The position numbers and the translations under genes were made by a program. From Oscillospiraceae bacterium (GTDB lineage Bacteria > Bacillota > Clostridia > UBA1212 > UBA1255), in the NCBI GenBank assembly GCA_015069165.1, contig SVJD01000004.1, positions 4,091 to 68,090 on the forward strand: a DNA stretch of 64,000 bases, read 5' to 3'. Position 1 is the first letter of the stretch, and each line of letters opens with the position of its first letter. Positions 26,702 to 34,779 of the stretch are shown one piece after another. The notes under the pieces were generated by a model, which had not been told where the DNA came from, searched no databases, and saw only the letters and a list, made by a program, of their open reading frames with translations.

Positions 26702-27196
26702 ATGCCAAGCAATAAAATTTTGAAAGAAAAAGAAGCAGTTGTAGCTTCTATTGTTGAAGATATTAAAAATGCCAGCACTGTAATCTTTGTCGATGCAAGA
26801 GGTTTGACAGTTGAGAAAGATACAGAGCTCAGAGCAGCTTTGCGTAAAGCAGACGTTAGTTATAAGGTTCGTAAGAATACTTTAACAACAAAAGCTGTTG
26901 CTCAATTGGGACTTGAAGGAGTTGAAGAATTCCTCAAAGGACCTACAGCAGTTGCAGCTTGCCCCACTTTGACAGATGCAGCTAAAATCATAAATGAATT
27001 TGCTAAAGAAAATAAAGCAGTTGAGATTAAAGGCGGTATCATGGAGGGCAAAGCGATTTCAGCAGACACTGTAAAAGAGCTCGCAAGTTTGCCTTCAAAA
27101 GAAGTTCTTATCGCAAGACTCTTGGGCAGCTTGAACGGACCTATTACAGGACTTACTATTGCGCTTAATGAATATGCAAAAAAACTTGAAGCCTAA
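26702..27196 (+). CDS. rplJ: 50S ribosomal protein L10
   Basis: '[43 protein letters not shown]'. ATG 26702 follows AAGGAGG. Confidence 0.95.
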   Translation: MPSNKILKEKEAVVASIVEDIKNASTVIFVDARGLTVEKDTELRAALRKADVSYKVRKNTLTTKAVAQLGLEGVEEFLKGPTAVAACPTLTDAAKIINEFAKENKAVEIKGGIMEGKAISADTVKELASLPSKEVLIARLLGSLNGPITGLTIALNEYAKKLEA

Positions 27197-27252
27197 GTTT
27201 AATAATAAAAAATAGGCTAACAAACAAAAATTTTAATTGGAGGAAATTTAAA

Positions 27253-27636
27253 ATGGCTAGTGAAAAAATACAAAAATTTATTGACGATGTTAAAGCTTTG
27301 ACAGTAATCGAACTTAACGAGCTCGTTAAAGCTATGGAAGAAGAGTTTGGTGTATCTGCAGCTGCATCTGTAGCAGTTGTTGCAGGACCCGCAGCAGCAG
27401 GAGATGCTCCGGCAGCTGCTGAGCAGACAGAATTCGATGTAATTCTTAAGAGTGCAGGCCCCAACAAAATGAACGTTATCAAGGTTGTTAAAGAGCTTAC
27501 AGGCGCTTCTCTTATGGAAGCTAAAAAGATCGTTGACGAAGCTCCCAAGCCGCTCAAAGAGAAAGTTAGCAAAGATGATGCAGCAGCTATCGAAGCTAAA
27601 CTTAAAGAAGCAGGAGCAGAAGTTGAGATTAAGTAA
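27253..27636 (+). CDS. rplL: 50S ribosomal protein L7/L12
   Basis: Ala-rich hinge and '[32 protein letters not shown]'. Confidence 0.97.
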   Translation: MASEKIQKFIDDVKALTVIELNELVKAMEEEFGVSAAASVAVVAGPAAAGDAPAAAEQTEFDVILKSAGPNKMNVIKVVKELTGASLMEAKKIVDEAPKPLKEKVSKDDAAAIEAKLKEAGAEVEIK

Positions 27637-27671
27637 TTTATTTACTTAAATTGTACCATCAAATAACAAAA

Positions 27672-27708
27672 ACGGATTTGCGCAGATTGCGTAAATCCGT
27701 TTTTTTTT
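27672..27708. terminator. bidirectional intrinsic terminator after rplL
   Basis: ACGGATTT...AAATCCGT outer stem with inner CGCA/TGCG pairs, then T8. An A-run lies on the opposite side. Confidence 0.8.
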
Positions 27709-27949
27709 ATTCCATTACATCAGGAATCATTGATTCTAACGGGCTTTCTGTGTTGCTCGCAGAAGGAGCTATTGTCGCAGAAGGTGATGTTGTCGCAGAT
27801 GGCGAATTTGTTGCAGTCGGTGAGTGAGTTGCGGAATGATCCGGATTATCTCCTACCTCACCGTCACGTTTTGTACAACTGCAAAGGAAAAGAGTCATAC
27901 AAATCATGACAACAGTCAAAATACTGAGTATTAATTTTTTTAAATTCAT
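27707..27949 (-). CDS. small Ser/Pro/Thr/Ala-repeat lipoprotein
   Basis: 'MNLKKLILSILTVVMICMTLFLCSC' is a signal peptide plus a lipobox-like Cys. It is followed by tandem 'SPSATx' repeats. ATG 27949 follows GGAGGT; the track start at 28018 has no RBS. Confidence 0.6.
   Translation of the reverse strand: MNLKKLILSILTVVMICMTLFLCSCTKRDGEVGDNPDHSATHSPTATNSPSATTSPSATIAPSASNTESPLESMIPDVME
27753..27824 (-). repeat. four tandem 18-nt units (consensus nTTGTCGCAGAnGGnGnn on the + strand) encoding hexapeptide repeats
   Basis: Units at 27753-27770, 27771-27788, 27789-27806 and 27807-27824, read directly from the sequence. Confidence 0.7.
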
Positions 27950-28109
27950 ATTAACCTCCGAAAGTTTGTGATTTTTGTATTGAGAAAAATTTCTCGTGTA
28001 TAATGTTTGCAAAAACAAATTTTTTATACAAAATCTTTATTAAAATACTTGCTTATTTTTACAAAATATATGATAATATATATGATTATTATTTATGGAG
28101 GTTGTTCTA

Positions 28110-28478
28110 ATGGATTTTAAGAAAATTTTAGACACGAAAGATACTACTTCAGAGTATACTCAAGAAGAAATCAATAAAGATAAAGTTGTTTGCGGTTTGG
28201 CATATATTCCGATTCTTTTTTGGCTTCCTTTGGTTGCAGGCACAAAGAATTCAAAATACTGCAAATTCCACGCTAATAACGGTTTGATTTTGTTGATTCT
28301 TGAAGTAATCATAAGCATCGTAAGCACAATTTTGAGCATTATTCCTTTTGTTGGTACTATAACAGGTTCACTTCTTGGTTTGGTTTCACTTGCTTTTATA
28401 ATTTTCGGCATGGTATTTACATTCCAGGGCAAAGTTAAAGAGCTTCCCATTATCGGCGGCATCAAAATTCTTTCTTAA
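28110..28478 (+). CDS. DUF4870-like small membrane protein
   Basis: 'KVVCGLAYIPILFWLPLVAGTKNSKYCKFHANNGLILLILEVI' fits the DUF4870 pattern. ATG 28110 lies 8 nt after GGAGG. Confidence 0.55.
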   Translation: MDFKKILDTKDTTSEYTQEEINKDKVVCGLAYIPILFWLPLVAGTKNSKYCKFHANNGLILLILEVIISIVSTILSIIPFVGTITGSLLGLVSLAFIIFGMVFTFQGKVKELPIIGGIKILS

Positions 28479-28484
28479 TTTTGC

Positions 28485-29258
28485 TTATAAAGAAACATAG
28501 TTTAGGCGGAGCTGGTCGGCAATTAGTGCGATCAGCTCTTTTGCATTTAAAGTGTAATTTGAAGTATTTACGCTGTAACCTAAAATGGTGTTAAAGATGT
28601 ACTCCTTTGTGCATACGGAATTTATATGGTTTACCGCTTTGCAAATTGCTCTTTCCACATGGCGAGGCGTTGTTTCAAACTCCTCGGCAATTTTAGCGTA
28701 TAATTTGCAAGAAACATCAGGTAGTTTTGTTTCTCTCGTCGCAGTGCGAATAAGTGCGCTTCTGAGGTAATAGTATGCGGAATAATGTACAGGAAGCTTT
28801 AGGCTGTGAAGTATTTCATCGGTTTTTAGATATAAATTATGCTTTAAGACTTCTGAATCCGGCAACTCTTTTGTGTGACGGCTTATAATTTTTAAAGTAC
28901 TTCTTAAAATGTCAGGATTATCCAGATTTTCCATAAAGATATCTGCCCCGTTTTGAATAGAATCAGAGATATAAGCTTCGCCTTCCTTTGAATAAGCTGT
29001 TGCGATCACTTGAAAAGGCGGATGTTGCTGATTTTTACAAATTTTTTTAATTGCAGTGCTCATTTTACCGTTTTCGCCCGACACATCGCATATTAAAACA
29101 TCAGGCGAAAGCGCGGTGCAAAGATCAATAATATCTGTAGAACTTCTTGTGTATGCAAGTATAGAAGTGTTATTCATGCGTGAAATGTTCTCCACGACTT
29201 TTTTAAGATAATCAGTATTTTCTATGGCAGTAATTATTTTTATGTTTTCTTGTCGCAA
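28485..29258 (-). CDS. Spo0A-like paralog: degenerate receiver domain plus Spo0A_C-type DNA-binding domain
   Basis: The C-terminus 'LKLPVHYSAYYYLRSALIRT...LYAKIAEEFETTPRHVERAICKAVNHI...LNAKELIALIADQL' aligns with the Spo0A effector domain of the neighbouring gene. The receiver keeps 'LICDVSG', but the N-terminal acidic pair and the conserved 'KP' are not recognisable. TTG start lies 6 nt after AGGAGG. Confidence 0.6.
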   Translation of the reverse strand: MRQENIKIITAIENTDYLKKVVENISRMNNTSILAYTRSSTDIIDLCTALSPDVLICDVSGENGKMSTAIKKICKNQQHPPFQVIATAYSKEGEAYISDSIQNGADIFMENLDNPDILRSTLKIISRHTKELPDSEVLKHNLYLKTDEILHSLKLPVHYSAYYYLRSALIRTATRETKLPDVSCKLYAKIAEEFETTPRHVERAICKAVNHINSVCTKEYIFNTILGYSVNTSNYTLNAKELIALIADQLRLNYVSL

Positions 29259-29287
29259 AATAAGCCTCCTAAATGAGTATGTTGGTT

Positions 29288-29316
29288 ATAATATCATAAT
29301 ATACGAAAAAAGTCAA
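29288..29316 (-). promoter_or_regulatory. putative promoter TTGACT-17 nt-(TGa)TATTAT for the Spo0A paralog
   Basis: The reverse complement of 29288-29316 reads TTGACTtttttcgtatattatgaTATTAT. Confidence 0.5.
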
Positions 29317-29364
29317 ACATATTTATGAATTTGGAAGAAGATGGATAGTTATTACGGAATTGAA

Positions 29365-29380
29365 TATTTCCCGGGAAATA
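29365..29380. promoter_or_regulatory. perfect 16-bp palindrome TATTTCCCGGGAAATA (candidate operator/activator site)
   Basis: Read directly from the sequence. It lies 10 nt upstream of the -35 of the putative spo0A promoter, within the divergent intergenic region. Confidence 0.4.
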
Positions 29381-29389
29381 CTGATATTT

Positions 29390-29419
29390 TTGACAAAATG
29401 AAAAGGTATGTGATAAAAT
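29390..29419 (+). promoter_or_regulatory. putative spo0A promoter TTGACA-18 nt-(TGa)TAAAAT
   Basis: TTGACA at 29390-29395 and the extended -10 TGaTAAAAT at 29411-29419. Confidence 0.45.
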
Positions 29420-29487
29420 CCAACCTAATCGGTAATACAAAGAAAAATCGCAGCACGCCGGTAATATACAAAAGAAATTAATTACAA

Positions 29488-30315
29488 ATGAGAAAGGTGA
29501 TTGCTGTGAGAAAAGATTCTTATTCAGTATTGATTGTAGATGCAGATCACGAATTTGCAGATACATTGGGAATGCACATTATTGCGCGAAACAATATAAC
29601 TTTGTGCGGTAAAGTATATAGCGGGGATGCCGTTTTGTCCGTTGTAAAGGAAAAGCGCCCTGACGTTATTGTAATGGATTTGACTTTACCTGCCCTTGAC
29701 GGTATAAGTGTTATTCGTATGCTTCAAAAAGATTTACCCTATAAACCTATAATCGTAATTACATCAGCGTATTCAAACGATATGCAGAGGTATCTTATAA
29801 ACGATATTCCGAATGCATATTTTGTAAGAAAACCTGTTTCTTGTGAGCATCTTCTGGACAGAACAGGAGAACTTTATAGGGCGGCTTCCGGTTTTTATGC
29901 AAGAGCTGCGGGAGAAAATATAGAAGCAGAAAGAGCTTTTTACAGAATTATGAAGTATAACAACGAAGATTCAGCCTTTAAGAGGGTAACAAACTTGTTG
30001 CATGACCTTGGTGTTCCGGCACATCTTATAGGTTACGGATATTTAAGGGATGCGGTTTGTATGCTTATAGAAAATCCGATGCTTGTAAATTGCATGACAA
30101 AGGAAGTGTATCCGGCTTTGGCGGCAAAAAGCGGAAAAAGTGTAGCAAGCGTTGAAAAGGCAATTAGAACGGCCGTAGAAGTATCTTGGAACAGAGGAAA
30201 ATTGGAAATACTTGAAGAAGTTTTCGGGTTTACCGTAAATTTACAAAAAGGAAAACCTACAAATACGGAATATATAGCTATGCTTGCTGACCGTTATAAT
30301 GTTTGGATGAAATGA
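29488..30315 (+). CDS. spo0A: sporulation transcription factor Spo0A
   Basis: Receiver motifs 'LIVDADHEF', 'DVIVMDLTLPALDG', 'FVRKP'. Effector-domain motifs 'LLHDLGVPAHLIGYGYLRDAV', 'VEKAIRTAVEVSWNRG', 'GKPTNTEYIAMLADR'. An alternative start is GTG 29506. Confidence 0.88.
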   Translation: MRKVIAVRKDSYSVLIVDADHEFADTLGMHIIARNNITLCGKVYSGDAVLSVVKEKRPDVIVMDLTLPALDGISVIRMLQKDLPYKPIIVITSAYSNDMQRYLINDIPNAYFVRKPVSCEHLLDRTGELYRAASGFYARAAGENIEAERAFYRIMKYNNEDSAFKRVTNLLHDLGVPAHLIGYGYLRDAVCMLIENPMLVNCMTKEVYPALAAKSGKSVASVEKAIRTAVEVSWNRGKLEILEEVFGFTVNLQKGKPTNTEYIAMLADRYNVWMK

Positions 30316-30387
30316 GTCTTTATTGCCTGTTAAAAGACATTAAAAAGCCATATAAAGCTTGTATTATATAAAATAAACATATTCAGT

Positions 30388-30416
30388 TTAACAAATAGTT
30401 GTTTAACTGTTATAAT
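30388..30416 (+). promoter_or_regulatory. putative promoter TTAACA-17 nt-(TGt)TATAAT for the two-component operon
   Basis: Hexamers at 30388-30393 and 30411-30416. The direct repeat GTTTAAC (30386-30392 and 30401-30407) overlaps it. Confidence 0.45.
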
Positions 30417-30448
30417 AAAGATGTTAATAACTTTAATGGAGTGGTTTT

Positions 30449-31129
30449 GTGGCTAAATTATTGATTGCAGACGATAATAAGCAGATTACCTCTGTCCTTA
30501 GTGAATATGCAAAAAAGGAAGGACATACGGTAGAAATAGCAACAGATGGCGTCGAAACAATAGATAAATTTAAGAAATTTGAGCCGGATTTAATATTGCT
30601 TGATGTTATGATGCCCAGAATGGACGGTTTTGAAGTTTGCCGCAATATTCGCAGGGATTCAAATGTGCCTATTATAATGATTACGGCAAGAGGAGAGGAC
30701 TTCGAAAAAATTATGGGACTCGATATAGGTGCGGACGATTATATAGTAAAGCCGTTTTCTTGCGGAGAAGTCATGGCGCGTGTCAGAGCGATTTTACGCA
30801 GACTTAATATAAGCACAGAAAACAGTAAAATTTTCACTTGCGGAAATCTTACGATTAATCTTGAAAATTATATGGTGGAAATCAGCAATAAACCTGTTCG
30901 GCTCACTAAAAAGGAAATTGAAATATTGTGGACTTTAGCCTCGGCTGCAAATAAAGTTTTTTCAAGGGATTTGCTTTTGGATAAACTTTGGGGTTTTGAT
31001 TTTTACGGGGACAGCCGAACAGTTGATTCGCATATAAAAAGACTCCGTGCGAAATTGGAAGAGTACAGCCATGAGGGTTGGGAAATAGAAACTATTTGGG
31101 GCGTAGGCTACAAATTTGCAATTAAATAG
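30449..31129 (+). CDS. OmpR/PhoB-family response regulator
   Basis: 'LLIADDN', 'LILLDVMMPRMDG', 'DDYIVKPF', and the winged helix 'IWGVGYKF'. GTG start. Confidence 0.9.
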   Translation: MAKLLIADDNKQITSVLSEYAKKEGHTVEIATDGVETIDKFKKFEPDLILLDVMMPRMDGFEVCRNIRRDSNVPIIMITARGEDFEKIMGLDIGADDYIVKPFSCGEVMARVRAILRRLNISTENSKIFTCGNLTINLENYMVEISNKPVRLTKKEIEILWTLASAANKVFSRDLLLDKLWGFDFYGDSRTVDSHIKRLRAKLEEYSHEGWEIETIWGVGYKFAIK

Positions 31130-31147
31130 CGCCTATACAATGTAATT

Positions 31148-32677
31148 ATGAAGCAAAAAACAAAGAAATTCAGATTTAAAATAGCGGAAAAACTGACGGT
31201 ATGTTTTACAGTGTCGATTTTATTGTTTGCAATAGTAATCGGCACCGTATTTGCCGTGCTTTTTCGTGAGCATACGCAGGATCTCTATAAAGAAAATATG
31301 AAACAAACCGCAAGGTCGATTTCGGCGGTTATGGCAAATATTATCCGTGAAGAAGGAACAAACTCCTTGTGGGAAGCCCATTCTTTTTTAAAAGACAGCA
31401 GAAAACAGACCGGACCTGTGTATCTGGACGGACCGCGCCTTATAAAATACATAAATGAAATTACCGATGCGGATGTTTGGCTTACAGATTCTAAATATAC
31501 GATTTTATCAACTTCGCAGGATTCCGGAACACAATACAGCTCAAAATATATTTTTGAGGAACTTCCGGAGGAAACAAAACGATTTATACTTAAAATTTAT
31601 CAGGATAAAGGTTATGAGGTCTTTGGTGAGAGCTTTTCCGGTGTGCTTGGCGAAGAAACTATGACGGTTGGTATTCCCATATATACTCAAAAAGGCGAAG
31701 TAACGGGGGCTGTTATTCTGCACACGCCTAAAAGCCAAATGACAGAGGCAATAGGCAGCGGTTTATTCATTTTGTTGATAAGTTTGTTGATGGCTTTGGG
31801 AATAGGTATTATTATAGCAATTGTGATTTCAAGAACAATTGCAAAACCTCTTAAAAAAATAAACAGTGCGGCATTGCGGCTTTCCGAAGGCGATTATTAC
31901 GTAAAAACATATGTGCAGGGTACAGATGAAATAGGGGAATTAGCGCATACAATCGATGAAATGGGCGAAAAATTGCGCAGCGCAGAAGCTGAAAGTGAAA
32001 AGTTGCAAAAAATGAGGCAGGATTTTGTTGCCAATATTTCCCACGAGCTCAGGACTCCTGTTACTGTTATAAGAGGTTCTATGGAAGCCTTATGTGACGG
32101 GGTGGTTTCAGAACCGGAAAAGGTTGAAGAATATCACGACCAGATTTTGGGTGAAAGTATATATATGCAAAGGCTCGTAAATGATTTGCTCGACCTTTCC
32201 AGATTGCAAAATCCGGATTTCAGCATCAATATTACTGAGTTTTCTTTGGGTGATTGTGTAAGTGATGCCGTAAGAAGCGGCAAAAGAATAGCGGTTGAAA
32301 AAGGAATAAATATTGATTTTATGCAAAATCAGCAAGTTTTTGTTGTTAAAGGCGATTATGACCGCATAAGGCAGATGCTTTTGATAATTATTGATAATGC
32401 TATAAAATTCACGGACAATTCTGAAAACAGTGTTGTGGTTAAATTAGAAGAAAATAAAATAAGCGTGACTAATATCGGAGTGGGAATAAAAGCAGATGAA
32501 TTACCTATGATTTTTGAGAGATTCCATAAATCACGTTCCGAGAAAAATAAAAACGGAACGGGACTCGGACTTGCCATAGCAAAACAAATAGCAACCAGAC
32601 ATAATGCCGATATCACTGTAAGCAGTGTTGAAGGCGGCGAGACAACATTTACAATTGTATTTCCGATAAAAATATGA
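31148..32677 (+). CDS. sensor histidine kinase (2 TM, HAMP, HisKA, HATPase_c)
   Basis: H-box 'FVANISHELRTP', N-box 'IIDNAIKF', G-box 'GTGLGLAIAK'. Confidence 0.9.
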   Translation: MKQKTKKFRFKIAEKLTVCFTVSILLFAIVIGTVFAVLFREHTQDLYKENMKQTARSISAVMANIIREEGTNSLWEAHSFLKDSRKQTGPVYLDGPRLIKYINEITDADVWLTDSKYTILSTSQDSGTQYSSKYIFEELPEETKRFILKIYQDKGYEVFGESFSGVLGEETMTVGIPIYTQKGEVTGAVILHTPKSQMTEAIGSGLFILLISLLMALGIGIIIAIVISRTIAKPLKKINSAALRLSEGDYYVKTYVQGTDEIGELAHTIDEMGEKLRSAEAESEKLQKMRQDFVANISHELRTPVTVIRGSMEALCDGVVSEPEKVEEYHDQILGESIYMQRLVNDLLDLSRLQNPDFSINITEFSLGDCVSDAVRSGKRIAVEKGINIDFMQNQQVFVVKGDYDRIRQMLLIIIDNAIKFTDNSENSVVVKLEENKISVTNIGVGIKADELPMIFERFHKSRSEKNKNGTGLGLAIAKQIATRHNADITVSSVEGGETTFTIVFPIKI

Positions 32678-32721
32678 TATTGTAAGTATCAATATATTTC
32701 GATTCGGAGAATTGGTACTTC

Positions 32722-34776
32722 ATGTTTGACAGACAATGGGTTTTTGACATAAAACATCATAATGAGTATATAAATTTTTGTGAAGAAAAAGGCTTAAAAG
32801 GTTCTTTTGTTGACGAAATTATGTATAAACGCGGTTTTGACGGCAAAACAGGCGGTGTTGAAAGTTTATCTGACCCGTACATTTTGCCGGATATGGCAAA
32901 AGCTGTGGATAGGATTTTAACTGCTGTTGAAGATGGAGAAAAAATAGCAATTTTCGGAGATTACGATGCTGACGGAGTGACGGCAACTGCTGTTTTATAC
33001 CACTTTTTGCAAAATATAGCAGAAGCGGATGTTGTTGCCTACATTCCGAATCGTCTTACAGAGGGTTACGGAATGTCCGCAAATGCTATTGATACACTTT
33101 GCGAAGAAGGCGTAACGCTGATTGTTACGGTGGATAACGGAATTTTGGCTTTTGAACAAATTGCACATGCTAAGGACATGGGCATAGATGTTGTCGTTAC
33201 TGACCATCATAAATGCGGCGAAGTGCTTCCGGAGTGTTGTGCGGTTGTAAATCCTTGTATTTTAAAAGAAGATACGCCTTTAAATTGCTTATGCGGTGCA
33301 GGAGTATCATTTACACTTGTAAGGGCTCTGGCAGACGAAATCGGAGTTTATGAAGAAATTAACAGATATATACCGATTGTTATGATAGGAACTTTGGGCG
33401 ATGTAGTGCCTTTGTCCGGAGATAACAGAATTATTGTAAAATACGGCATGGAAAATTTGAGGAATTTTGATTGGATTGGCATTGAAACTTTAGTTGCTAA
33501 AATTACAGAGGGAAAAAACAATCCTAAAATTTCATCCATGTTTGTGTCCTTTCAACTTGTGCCCAAAATTAACGCGGCAGGCAGAATCGGTAATGCGATG
33601 CGTGCATTTGAGCTTATTGTTTGTGAAGACGAAAGTGTAGCTGAAAAGCTTGCGGCAGATTTAATTTCCGACAATGCGCAAAGGCAAATTACAGAAGCCG
33701 AAATTGCAGAAAAAGCCTTGCAAGAAGAAAATTTAAAAACAAAAGACACAGACTTGGTAGTTGTGGCTTTGGGAGACGATTGGCACCACGGTGTAATAGG
33801 CATCGTGGCTTCAAGGCTTACCGAAAAACACAAAAAACCATCATTCGTTCTTTCTGTGGAGAGGAATGAAGACGGAAAATTAGTGGCAAGAGGTTCGGCA
33901 CGTTCCGTAAAAGGATTCAATTTACATAGTGCATTGACGGAATGTGCGCACTTGCTTGAAAGATTCGGCGGTCACGAAATGGCGGCAGGTTTGACTATTC
34001 GAGTGGATAACATTCCGAAATTTATAGACTCTTTGAATGAATACGGAAAGAAAATAATGCAACAACAAGAGCCTGCCAATGCGGAAATAGATGCAGTTGT
34101 TTTGCCCCATGAGATTACGGTAGAGGCGGTTGAAAGACTTGCAGATTTAGAGCCTTTCGGACAAGGAAACGAACAACCTGTTTTGTGCATAAGGAACTTA
34201 AAACCGATTTCCTGTACAAAAGTCGGAGAAAGCGGCAAACATTTGAAGTTTTCGTTTTGTGCGGAAAATCCGGACGGTAAACCTTTCACATTAGAGGGAA
34301 TTGCGTTTTCTCAGGCTGCGTATGAAAATATGATAAAAAGCATCGGAAATACATGCAGTATTTTGTGCAGGGCAGAAATTAACAATTGGCAAGGCAGAAA
34401 AAGTGTTTCTTTAATTATTTCAGATATACATGATGACGATTATAATATTGATAACATATTAAGATGTGTGTATAATAGCGATTACATTACCGGGCGAGGT
34501 TTTGTGATAGACCGGAAAATGCTGGTAATTATGTATAAGCTCATATTGCAGTATGGAGAAGGTTTTAAATTTAACGATTTATTCCGTATAAGGGAAAATA
34601 TGAGACAACACGGTGTGCCGTGTACATGGTACGAAATACGAAGCGGACTTGATATTTTTACGGAGCTTGGATTGGTTACAAGAAAAGACAAACAGACTTT
34701 TTCAGTAGCAAAAAATTCAGAAAAAGTAGATTTAACAAAGTCTTTAATATATAAAATGGTACAGGTGGAGGTGTAG
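32722..34776 (+). CDS. recJ: single-stranded-DNA-specific exonuclease RecJ
   Basis: DHH motifs 'IFGDYDADGVTA', 'VTVDNG' and 'VVTDHH', plus the DHHA1 motif 'GGHEMAAG'. Confidence 0.92.
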   Translation: MFDRQWVFDIKHHNEYINFCEEKGLKGSFVDEIMYKRGFDGKTGGVESLSDPYILPDMAKAVDRILTAVEDGEKIAIFGDYDADGVTATAVLYHFLQNIAEADVVAYIPNRLTEGYGMSANAIDTLCEEGVTLIVTVDNGILAFEQIAHAKDMGIDVVVTDHHKCGEVLPECCAVVNPCILKEDTPLNCLCGAGVSFTLVRALADEIGVYEEINRYIPIVMIGTLGDVVPLSGDNRIIVKYGMENLRNFDWIGIETLVAKITEGKNNPKISSMFVSFQLVPKINAAGRIGNAMRAFELIVCEDESVAEKLAADLISDNAQRQITEAEIAEKALQEENLKTKDTDLVVVALGDDWHHGVIGIVASRLTEKHKKPSFVLSVERNEDGKLVARGSARSVKGFNLHSALTECAHLLERFGGHEMAAGLTIRVDNIPKFIDSLNEYGKKIMQQQEPANAEIDAVVLPHEITVEAVERLADLEPFGQGNEQPVLCIRNLKPISCTKVGESGKHLKFSFCAENPDGKPFTLEGIAFSQAAYENMIKSIGNTCSILCRAEINNWQGRKSVSLIISDIHDDDYNIDNILRCVYNSDYITGRGFVIDRKMLVIMYKLILQYGEGFKFNDLFRIRENMRQHGVPCTWYEIRSGLDIFTELGLVTRKDKQTFSVAKNSEKVDLTKSLIYKMVQVEV

Positions 34777-34779
34777 CTC

